Positions 56,380 through 64,000 of a stretch of DNA of 64,000 nucleotides are shown one piece after another (position 1 is the first letter of the stretch; each line of letters begins with the position of its first letter). The notes beneath the pieces were generated by a model. The model was given only the letters and a program-made list of their open reading frames with translations. It ran no database searches and was not told the origin of the DNA. Source of the DNA: an uncultured Candidatus Saccharibacteria bacterium (GTDB lineage Bacteria > Patescibacteriota > WWE3 > UBA101185 > UBA10185); assembly GCA_964490125.1 (NCBI GenBank), contig CAZBAJ010000003.1, positions 33,941 to 97,940 of the forward strand. Direction: 5' to 3'. The position numbers were made by a program, and so were the translations under genes.

Positions 56380-58068
56380 ATGAAACGGTTGTTTGTTTTT
56401 TTGACTGAACTAGCCTTATTCACCCTGCTTTTACTACTTTCCTCTCAGTTAATGCTAACCACATTAAAATATGACGAAGAGCATAATTATATTCTGCCTT
56501 CTACAAAAGTTTGGTCTGATTTTACAGTTAATCTACCGCTTATAAGATCTTTTTCCATTGGTGGAAATTTTCACAAACTCGCGTCTGGGCAAGCTCCCGA
56601 GTATCCAGTGTTCCCGGGAGAGCCTATTAAATACCACTATTTATTTTTTCTTCTTGACGCTATGCTGGAAAAAGCTGGGTTACGCATTGACTGGGCGCTA
56701 AACATACCCAGCATAATAGGTTTTTTCCTTTTAGGTAGCATGGTTTATCTGTTTTCAAAGAGAGTTTTTAGAAGCGTTTTTGTTGCCTGGCTGTCGGTTG
56801 TACTATTTCTATTCAATGGGGCTTTTGCGTTTATTGATTTTTTTAAACAGAATCCTTTGTCGTCGCAAACTTTAACCGACATATTTACTAATAAATTATT
56901 TTGGGGTTTGGCTCCGTGGGCGCAAGGGACAATAGCTTCTTCCATGTGGAACCTAAACATCTATACTAATCAAAGACATTTAGGGCTTGCCCTTGGCTTG
57001 GTGTTGCTATTTATGTACACCGCACTGGTGCTAGAAAACCAGCCTTGGAGAAGGCAGGGTTTAGTAGCATTGTTTTGGGGATTAATTTTAGGTTTTTTTC
57101 CATATTTTCACCAACCGGCTTTATTGATAATAGCCGTTGTTATGGTGTGCTACTGGCTGACGATCCCGTCGTTAAGAAAATATCTGTTAGTAACAGGAGT
57201 TGTTAGTGGATTGTTAATACTTCCACAGCTAGTGAATATTCAGCACGGTCCTTCTGTTGTAAATTGGCGTCCAGGTTTCATTATCCACCCGCCCTTAAGC
57301 TTTATAAACATCCTATCGTTTTGGTGGCAGAATTTTGGTTTGCATATAATCCTCATGCCTTTTGGTTTTCTACTACTAGAGAAAAGGCTTAAGAAATATT
57401 TTTTTCCAATTTTCCCGGTTTTTATAATTGCTAGCTTATTTACATTTTCCCCCGATCCTGCCACAAACCATAAGTTTTTTAACTATGTACAGATAGTTGG
57501 TGGCATGTTGACTGCATATGTTGTGGCATTATTTACTAAAAACCGTATTTTCTCCAAAAACATTGTTTTTAGGGTATTTGGATTTGTTTCTTCGGCATTA
57601 CTTATTATTTTCCTGACTCTTTCGGGCGTCATCGACTATTTTGCAGTAATTAATGATAGCTGGATTCCAATGCCAGATGTTAAGGCTCATCCCGTAACTG
57701 CTTGGCTCGTTAGTAACACGGATAAGGATGCCCTAGTACTAAATAGTAGTTTTTTTGCACCTTATCCTTTGTCCGGGCGAGCGATTTTTTTAGGCTGGCC
57801 ATATTTTAGTTGGTCGGCAGGTTATGATGTTACCCAAAGGCAACGCGAGCTCAAGGGTTTTTTGGAGACCGGTTCAATCGAGCAACAGTGTGCTTTAGTA
57901 AGTAAATACGGCATAGACTACTTTGTTTTAGAGTACCCTCCTCAAGAGCCTAAAGAATTTACTCCAAATTACGCGATTTTTGAGGCGCACGACCAGCCAG
58001 TTTTTGAGTCGGTTTATAATGGCGTTAATTTTACGATATATGAGGCCGAATCCTACTGCAATAAATAA
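56380..58068 (+). CDS. Polytopic membrane protein, putative GT-C superfamily (ArnT/PMT-like, COG1807-type) glycosyltransferase
   Basis: At least 12 transmembrane helices plus a C-terminal soluble domain ending '...KYGIDYFVLEY...NFTIYEAE'. It is paralogous to the next gene through shared C-terminal motifs. Confidence 0.45.
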   Translation: MKRLFVFLTELALFTLLLLLSSQLMLTTLKYDEEHNYILPSTKVWSDFTVNLPLIRSFSIGGNFHKLASGQAPEYPVFPGEPIKYHYLFFLLDAMLEKAGLRIDWALNIPSIIGFFLLGSMVYLFSKRVFRSVFVAWLSVVLFLFNGAFAFIDFFKQNPLSSQTLTDIFTNKLFWGLAPWAQGTIASSMWNLNIYTNQRHLGLALGLVLLFMYTALVLENQPWRRQGLVALFWGLILGFFPYFHQPALLIIAVVMVCYWLTIPSLRKYLLVTGVVSGLLILPQLVNIQHGPSVVNWRPGFIIHPPLSFINILSFWWQNFGLHIILMPFGFLLLEKRLKKYFFPIFPVFIIASLFTFSPDPATNHKFFNYVQIVGGMLTAYVVALFTKNRIFSKNIVFRVFGFVSSALLIIFLTLSGVIDYFAVINDSWIPMPDVKAHPVTAWLVSNTDKDALVLNSSFFAPYPLSGRAIFLGWPYFSWSAGYDVTQRQRELKGFLETGSIEQQCALVSKYGIDYFVLEYPPQEPKEFTPNYAIFEAHDQPVFESVYNGVNFTIYEAESYCNK

Positions 58069-59512
58069 TTATCATATAGCTAGTTTGTTGGTGCTTTTGC
58101 TTTGTTTTGTATTTTGGTCTACGATGTTCCGTTACCAAGGCGGTGATGTGGTGGCGCAAACAGTTCCCGTATGGGGTGATTGGGCATTACACGCCCAAAT
58201 TGCTACCGGTTTTGCTTATAGACCACCAGCTTTATGGTTTTTACACCACCCCGTTTATTACGGCATACCCTTTTCATACCCGTTTTTAGCAGATTTTATT
58301 TCTAGTTTATTTATCAGGCTTGGTTTTAATATAGTTGACTCTTTTGTGATACCCAGCGCATTAACCACCTTCTTACTTTACCTTCTTGTAAAACGATTAT
58401 ATTTTTTAATCTTACCCAGCAGGTCTTCTATATTAGGTTTTCTTATCTTTTTATTTTTATTTGTCTTTAGTGTGGGGAATTTGACTAATAAAGTACTGAT
58501 TCCCCAGAGATCGATGTTGTTAGGGTTTGTGTTTACAATTATCGCTATAATTTTTATTCATCAGGAATTCTTGTCCGACAAAAGACACACTTTTAAAACT
58601 TTTATTTACGGACTGGTGGGAGGCTTAATTTTGCTTATTCATGCACACTCCATACTTATAATAATGTTAGTTTCGTTAATCTATGCGGTTGCAAGACATC
58701 AAATTAGTAAGCTTGCGGTCTATTATTTTGGATTGTGTGTAACTGGGATATCGTTATACCTATTCCTATATAAAGGGGTTCTGACTAACCATTTTTTTAG
58801 TTTTCTAGAACCCCCTTTTTCCGGTACGGTATTTATGGATGGACCGTGGTTGTATTTTGTTGTTTTGTCCGTACTTTCTGCTGTCGTACTAAAAACCTAC
58901 ACACACCCATTGTTAATATCTGGTTGGTTATTAATCTTTCTTACAGGCGTCATCAAATTTCAACCTTGGGACTGGGACAACACTAAGTTGCTTGTCTACG
59001 CAAGTTTATTTCTTAACATGTTTATTAGCAAATTCTTTATTTTTTCTTTCAAGAATAGTGTGATAAAGGTGTTATTAGCGCTTTTGCTAATTCCGCTACT
59101 TGTTTACTCAAGTTTTCTGGAGTGGCATAAAAATTTACCGCCCGTTTCTAACGGTTTTGTTTTGTGGACTTTAGATGATATAAAACTAGCAGAAAATTTT
59201 AGAGATAATACGCCACCAGATGTTTTGGTTTTAACTAAAGGAGTTCACAATGATCCTATAGCGAATCTATCTGGTAGGCAGATCTTTATGGGTTACGACG
59301 GCTGGTTATGGTCGTACGGCATTGATTACATGGACAGAAAGCAAGAGATAGACAAGTTTTTTAGTTGCGACAAGGACTCCAAATTATTAGAAAAATGGTC
59401 AATTGATTACATTGTTTTTAAGGGAAGGGTTTGTGATGTTCCGCAAGCAAGGTTAATTATGAACAATGCCGATTACTGGATTTACAAAGTAGAACGGAGT
59501 GAAGATGTTTAA
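58040..59512 (+). CDS. Polytopic membrane protein, paralog of 56380-58068 (putative GT-C glycosyltransferase)
   Basis: C-terminus '...KWSIDYIVFKG...DYWIYKVE' parallels that of the upstream gene. The start is uncertain: the listed ORF from 57980 overlaps the previous gene, and the Met at 58040 precedes the first transmembrane helix. Confidence 0.45.
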   Translation: MRPNPTAINNYHIASLLVLLLCFVFWSTMFRYQGGDVVAQTVPVWGDWALHAQIATGFAYRPPALWFLHHPVYYGIPFSYPFLADFISSLFIRLGFNIVDSFVIPSALTTFLLYLLVKRLYFLILPSRSSILGFLIFLFLFVFSVGNLTNKVLIPQRSMLLGFVFTIIAIIFIHQEFLSDKRHTFKTFIYGLVGGLILLIHAHSILIIMLVSLIYAVARHQISKLAVYYFGLCVTGISLYLFLYKGVLTNHFFSFLEPPFSGTVFMDGPWLYFVVLSVLSAVVLKTYTHPLLISGWLLIFLTGVIKFQPWDWDNTKLLVYASLFLNMFISKFFIFSFKNSVIKVLLALLLIPLLVYSSFLEWHKNLPPVSNGFVLWTLDDIKLAENFRDNTPPDVLVLTKGVHNDPIANLSGRQIFMGYDGWLWSYGIDYMDRKQEIDKFFSCDKDSKLLEKWSIDYIVFKGRVCDVPQARLIMNNADYWIYKVERSEDV

Positions 59513-61004
59513 ACTGTCACCTATAAAATTGGCTTTAGCGCTAATTATTACCTTTCTAGCTTTCGCTTTCCGTGTTCACAGACTTGCCATACCCACAGCA
59601 TGGGTCTTTGACGAAATTTACCATGCCTACACGGCAGAATTTTACGCTCTTAACGATCCCCGCGGTTACGAGTGGTGGCACCCCATTCCACAAGGGCTGG
59701 CACTGGAGTGGCTCCACCCGCCGGTAGAAAAACTCCTAATGGCTGCAAGTATCCGCATATTTTCCAAACCAACCGAATATTTTTCTCAAACCAACCCGCC
59801 ACTGGATGCCAAAACTACCTTTGCTTGGCGCTTTCCCACCGCCGTCTGCACCTCGCTCACCGTGCTAGTCGTCATACTTATGGGTACGCGCATGTTTAAC
59901 TTTCCCGTAGGCTTTTTAGCAGGACTCTTTTACGCCATAGATCCGCTCTCCTTTGTCCACGGTCGGCTTGCCACCAGCGACGGTATTTTTACCTTTTTTT
60001 CCACCCTCGCTTTTTACCGTCTGTACATTTTTTTAGCCGAATACCCACGCAAATATCTCCAAAACCTTCTGCTTCTTGGTCTTACCCTTGGTCTGGCTTT
60101 TAGCACCAAATTTACCGGTACCTTTAATATTATTTGGTCGACTCTATCTATCGTGGGACTTTTTGTTTGGCGACATGTGACAAGCCAAATTCCCGTCGTT
60201 CGCCCGAATAAGTCAAAAAAACCAGTCAGCCCGTCCAACATACTTAGTAGCGACTACACTTTAGATAAACTTTTTCTCACGCTACTTACGCTTGGTTTAA
60301 CAGTTCTAAACGTCTACCTTTTCTCTTACTTACAATGGTGGTTGCAGGGACACACTTGGCAACAATTTTACGAGCTACACAACCAAATTATCCGCTATCA
60401 CATTGGGCTTAAAGCCACGCACCCTTTTAGCTCGCATCCGCTTTCCTGGCCAATTATGCAAAAGCCCGTTTGGATTTATATGGGCAAAGATGAATTAGGA
60501 AATACGTTAAATATCTGGTCGACGGGGAATAAGGTAACTTGGTACGGCGGGCTGGTTGCTGTTTTGTATTTTGTAGGACTTTTGGGGGTGCGACTTGGAA
60601 AGTCGGTTCGATGTGAGTGGCAGGAGCGGTTAACTAATCCCTCCCGACAAGCAAAGCATCGTCAGAAGGAAAATCATATTCAACTGTGTAAACCCAGTGC
60701 GTTTCTAACCTCCACGCTCAATGGTTTTCTTACAACCCAAAACTTAAGACTCGTCTTCTTGCTAATCGCCTATTTTGGGATGTTTCTGCCGTGGGCGCTA
60801 TCCCCCAGAATCATGTTTATTTACCACTATCTGCCCGCCTTGCCGTTTTTGTTTTTACTGTTAGCTAAGTTTCTTCTCACCGTTACTTATAAGTTTAGCG
60901 GTTTTATTAGCAAATTTATCAAAATCCCTGTCTGCTTTACTCGGGGTTTCTATGATTTTCTTGTAATACCTGTCGTACTCTTTTTCTGCCAGTTCTTTTG
61001 CTAA
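59499..61004 (+). CDS. PMT-family (GT39) protein O-mannosyltransferase-like membrane glycosyltransferase
   Basis: 'DEIYHAYTAEFY' and 'EWLHPPVEKLL' are the DE/HPP signature of loop 1 in the PMT/GT39 family. The 3' end overlaps the convergent RhuM gene by about 140 nt and lacks the C-terminal domain of its neighbours, so it may be truncated or read through. Confidence 0.6.
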   Translation: MKMFKLSPIKLALALIITFLAFAFRVHRLAIPTAWVFDEIYHAYTAEFYALNDPRGYEWWHPIPQGLALEWLHPPVEKLLMAASIRIFSKPTEYFSQTNPPLDAKTTFAWRFPTAVCTSLTVLVVILMGTRMFNFPVGFLAGLFYAIDPLSFVHGRLATSDGIFTFFSTLAFYRLYIFLAEYPRKYLQNLLLLGLTLGLAFSTKFTGTFNIIWSTLSIVGLFVWRHVTSQIPVVRPNKSKKPVSPSNILSSDYTLDKLFLTLLTLGLTVLNVYLFSYLQWWLQGHTWQQFYELHNQIIRYHIGLKATHPFSSHPLSWPIMQKPVWIYMGKDELGNTLNIWSTGNKVTWYGGLVAVLYFVGLLGVRLGKSVRCEWQERLTNPSRQAKHRQKENHIQLCKPSAFLTSTLNGFLTTQNLRLVFLLIAYFGMFLPWALSPRIMFIYHYLPALPFLFLLLAKFLLTVTYKFSGFISKFIKIPVCFTRGFYDFLVIPVVLFFCQFFC

Positions 61005-61898
61005 TTCGTGGGATATTTTCCCGGCATTTTCCAAAATTTCGCGGTCATTAAGTTTAAGAAATCCGTTTAGTTTAGCGATCCAGTCCTTCATGTACATCGG
61101 TATTCTCCGCATTGCCTGACCTTGGGCAAAAATTAGGTACTGCTCCACAAGGTTATTAAGGGCAGAAAGTTCCTCTTCGTTTAGATAGTTTTTAGCTATT
61201 ACCACATCATCTTTCCGCAATATAGCCCCGCGCCAACTGGTTAAACCCATGTTTGGTTTTTTACTATCCGCCCGCTCACTAATAATTTCCGCAGCAGTTT
61301 TACCTGTTATTGCCCAATGCACCTTGTTTTGGACTGTTTGGAAAAACAGGATGCTCATCTCATTTGTGGGGTCGTAATCAACGCTCGTTGCATAAATGTC
61401 GGTAATTTTTCTATAAAACCTTTTTTCCGAGGTTCTAATGTCCTGAATGCGCTTAGCCAGTTCTTCAAAGTAGTCAAAAGGGAGGTCGGGATTTTTTAGT
61501 CTTTCGTCGTTAAGCAAAAAGCCTTTAACGATATATTCGCGCAACTGTGCCGTTGCCCACTGTCTAAAAGCGGTTGCAATGGCGCTTTTTACACGATAGC
61601 CAACGGAAATTATAAGATCCAAATTATAGTACTCGATTCCTCTGGAAACTTCACGGCTACCTTCATTTTGAACTGTTAGGAATTTCCTAATAGTTGAAAT
61701 TTCGTCCAACTCTCTTTCTTTGTAGATATTTTTAATGTGCTCGTTGATTGTTGGGATAGTAACTTGGAACAATTCCGCTAAAGACTTTTGAGTAAGCCAT
61801 ACAGTTTCGTTTTCAAACCTTACCTCAATTTTTGTTTGACCGTCTTGGGTTTTGTAGATAACTATTTGTGACTGTTGGGGGATGATACTACTATGCAT
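60861..61898 (-). CDS. RhuM-family protein (virulence-associated / Fic-DOC related DNA-binding family)
   Basis: N-terminal 'IVIYKTQDGQTKIEVRFENETVWLTQKSLAELFQV' is the characteristic RhuM N-terminus. Start taken at the internal Met (61898); the longer ORF reaches 61952. Confidence 0.65.
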   Translation of the reverse strand: MHSSIIPQQSQIVIYKTQDGQTKIEVRFENETVWLTQKSLAELFQVTIPTINEHIKNIYKERELDEISTIRKFLTVQNEGSREVSRGIEYYNLDLIISVGYRVKSAIATAFRQWATAQLREYIVKGFLLNDERLKNPDLPFDYFEELAKRIQDIRTSEKRFYRKITDIYATSVDYDPTNEMSILFFQTVQNKVHWAITGKTAAEIISERADSKKPNMGLTSWRGAILRKDDVVIAKNYLNEEELSALNNLVEQYLIFAQGQAMRRIPMYMKDWIAKLNGFLKLNDREILENAGKISHELAKELAEKEYDRYYKKIIETPSKADRDFDKFANKTAKLISNGEKKLS

Positions 61899-62090
61899 AT
61901 ACGAATTATACCACCAGATTTGCCCAAAACTCTTGTATACCCGCCTACACAAGAAACCTAGGTTTGTAATCTATTACGCTATACAAGAAACAGCAGGCTA
62001 AAAATAGCCTTGGTGGACTTGACAAAAATCCTGACGAACCCTAAAATTCATATGAGAAATGCAGTATTTATTGCATTTTGGATACCACTT

Positions 62091-63395
62091 ATGCAACGAT
62101 TACTTACAAAAAGCTTAATAGCTTGGAAAAACAACCCTTTAAGAAAGCCCTTAATCCTTAAGGGTGTTAGGCAATGCGGTAAAACCTACCTTCTTTTGGA
62201 ATTTGGCAAAGCCAACTACCAAGATGTAACCTATTTTAATTTTGAGAACAACACCCCTTTACAACAACTTTTTGAAAAAGACCTTGATGTTAAAAGACTA
62301 ATCACAGAGTTGGGCGTGTTACAAAATAAACCTATTCTTCCTACAACTACGCTTATTATTTTTGACGAGATTCAGTTTTGCGGTAAGGCTTTAACCTCGC
62401 TTAAGTATTTTTGCGAGCTTGCTCCAGAATACCATATTGTATGTGCGAGGTCGCTTTTGGGTTTGGCTCTTTCGGGACCATCGTCCTTTCCAGTAGGCAA
62501 AGTTGAGTTTTTAACTATGTACCCCATGAATTTTGCGGAGTTTATTTTGGCTAGTGGGGAGCAAATGTTGTATGACCACATGCAAGCTTTGTCCTACACT
62601 GCTACACTTTCCAATTCTTTTGCGTCAAAGTTAGAAGGACTTTTGCGGATATATCTAATAACCGGCGGTATGCCGGAGGTTGTGGCTTGCTGGATCAAAA
62701 CTGGCGACATAACTAAAGTGGAGGAGATTCAGCAAAGAATTATTGACGGTTACGAGCTGGATTTTGCCAAACACGCCCAAACCTCCGAGTTTCCTAAACT
62801 TACCTTAATTTGGCGCTCCATTCCTAACCAACTGGCGCGGGAAAGCGGTAAATTTATCTTTAGTCATGCTAAAAAAGGCTTGCGAGCTAAGGATCTGGAA
62901 GATGCTTTGGAATGGTTAATTAATGCAGGTTTGGTTTATAAAGTGGCAAAAATTGAAAAACCCGGGATACCCCTTTCTGCCTATGCAGATCAGTCGTACT
63001 TTAAACTATATTTAAGTGATGTGGGCTTGCTTGGCAGAATGTCAAAACTGCCAGCATCGGCATGGTTGCAAGAAAGTCCAACATTTAAAGAATTTAAGGG
63101 TGCAGTTACAGAAAATTTTGTGTTGACTGAACTTGTCCACCTCCAAAATACCACTCCTTATTATTGGAAATCAGGAAATACTGCAGAGGTTGATTTTATA
63201 ATTCAGCTGGGCGACAAAATTATTCCCATAGAAGTTAAGTCAGAAAGAAATACCCAAGCTAAAAGCCTTACTTTGTATCAAAATAAATACAACCCAGAGG
63301 TAGCTATAAAAACCTCCATGCATCCCGCCAGCGGCAATGGAGTTAAAAACATCCCTCTTTATAATTTATGGAATTTGCCAAAAATTACAGACTAG
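62091..63395 (+). CDS. AAA-family ATPase with DUF4143 (ATP-binding protein)
   Basis: Walker A 'GVRQCGKTYLL' and Walker B 'LIIFDEIQ'. C-terminal DUF4143-like region. Start at ATG 62091 (MQRLLTKSLIAWKN). Confidence 0.65.
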   Translation: MQRLLTKSLIAWKNNPLRKPLILKGVRQCGKTYLLLEFGKANYQDVTYFNFENNTPLQQLFEKDLDVKRLITELGVLQNKPILPTTTLIIFDEIQFCGKALTSLKYFCELAPEYHIVCARSLLGLALSGPSSFPVGKVEFLTMYPMNFAEFILASGEQMLYDHMQALSYTATLSNSFASKLEGLLRIYLITGGMPEVVACWIKTGDITKVEEIQQRIIDGYELDFAKHAQTSEFPKLTLIWRSIPNQLARESGKFIFSHAKKGLRAKDLEDALEWLINAGLVYKVAKIEKPGIPLSAYADQSYFKLYLSDVGLLGRMSKLPASAWLQESPTFKEFKGAVTENFVLTELVHLQNTTPYYWKSGNTAEVDFIIQLGDKIIPIEVKSERNTQAKSLTLYQNKYNPEVAIKTSMHPASGNGVKNIPLYNLWNLPKITD

Positions 63396-63574
63396 TATAA
63401 AAAGTCAATAGGATTTGAGGGAAGACATCACCTTCCCGCTCTCCCGTTATTTATTATTAGCAAAGTTTACCTACGGGTGAGTGATCCCAATTAAACATCC
63501 CGTAACAACAGCCTTAAAAGCCCTCTCCAAGAAGTTTCCTTGACAGAAGGAAACTTTTGCTGTAATCTTTCCTT

Positions 63575-64000
63575 ATGGGAAGGAAAGACTTACTAAAAAC
63601 CATAATAACTGACAACCAAGCCAGAGAACTGCCTATACTGTGGTCCAGAGAGCAAAAAATACCCATAGCCACCAATAAAATAATAACCATAGCAGGAGTT
63701 AGAAGAAGCGGTAAAACCTACCACGCTTTTAACATTATGAAACAGCTCACAGATCAAGGCGTCCCATCCACTAAAATGCTGTATTTAAATTTTGAGGACG
63801 AGCGCCTAAAACTAGAAAAAGGCGAACTCGATCTCATCCTCCAAGCTTTTAGAGAGCTTTACCCCAACCAAAACCTACAGGAATGTTATTTCTTTTTTGA
63901 CGAACTTCAGGAAGTTAACGGTTGGGAAAAATTTATTAACCGCATGTATTCCACCATCACCAAGAACATTTTTATTACGGGTTCAAACGCCAAACTACTT
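63575..64000 (+). CDS. AAA-family ATPase (DUF4143-type), paralog of the previous gene; 3' end truncated by the window edge
   Basis: ATG at 63575. 'TIAGVRRSGKTYH' Walker A and 'FFFDELQEV' Walker B. Same architecture as 62091-63395. Confidence 0.5.
   Translation, partial: MGRKDLLKTIITDNQARELPILWSREQKIPIATNKIITIAGVRRSGKTYHAFNIMKQLTDQGVPSTKMLYLNFEDERLKLEKGELDLILQAFRELYPNQNLQECYFFFDELQEVNGWEKFINRMYSTITKNIFITGSNAKLL

Overview
This is a low-GC (roughly 40%) bacterial segment with the character of a Candidate Phyla Radiation (CPR/Patescibacteria) genome: small genes, frequent overlaps, and divergent 16S signature positions. Coding strand alternates in blocks. Housekeeping genes recognisable from motifs are greA, lysS, serS, recF, mutM/fpg, mnmA, an ATP-dependent DNA ligase, a P-type ATPase, a YbaK deacylase and a TlyA-like methyltransferase. 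Glycosylation genes are abundant and dispersed: UDP-glucose dehydrogenase, an NAD-dependent epimerase, a sugar-phosphate nucleotidyltransferase, three polyprenol-phosphate-sugar synthase-like GT2 enzymes (one fused to a GtrA-like domain), a GT4 enzyme, a protein O-mannosyltransferase (PMT/GT39)-like membrane protein with two paralogous polytopic (possibly GT-C) membrane proteins, and a TPR membrane protein resembling the TMTC family of protein O-mannosyltransferases. A 16S rRNA gene (53445-55921) is about 2.5 kb because of a roughly 1 kb intervening sequence that encodes a double-motif LAGLIDADG homing endonuclease. No 23S gene follows it, and a tRNA-Ile(GAU) lies on the opposite strand 300 bp downstream. 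tRNA-Ser(GCU) and tRNA-Pro(GGG) are also present. The window is rich in toxin-antitoxin and defence-type genes: VapBC-like PIN/AbrB, HigB/Gp49-XRE, DUF433, two paralogous AbiEii-like nucleotidyltransferase cassettes, two BrnA/CopG-like antitoxins (one truncated), NYN, Fic, RhuM, DUF3800, HEPN, and a DUF262/ParB-like protein. The most unusual observations are: (i) a family of very GC-rich palindromic mini-elements, one intergenic and others inserted in frame in mnmA and the P-type ATPase, resembling Rickettsia palindromic elements; (ii) a 1.2 kb three-gene cassette of unknowns bounded by ~95 bp imperfect direct repeats that duplicate the 3' end of an alkD-like gene; (iii) a ~1 kb, ~58-60% GC island encoding a secreted beta-propeller-like protein; (iv) a BpsA(DUF43)-SpeH fusion; (v) a BNR-repeat/M23 peptidase fusion. 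No CRISPR array, integrase or transposase was recognised.
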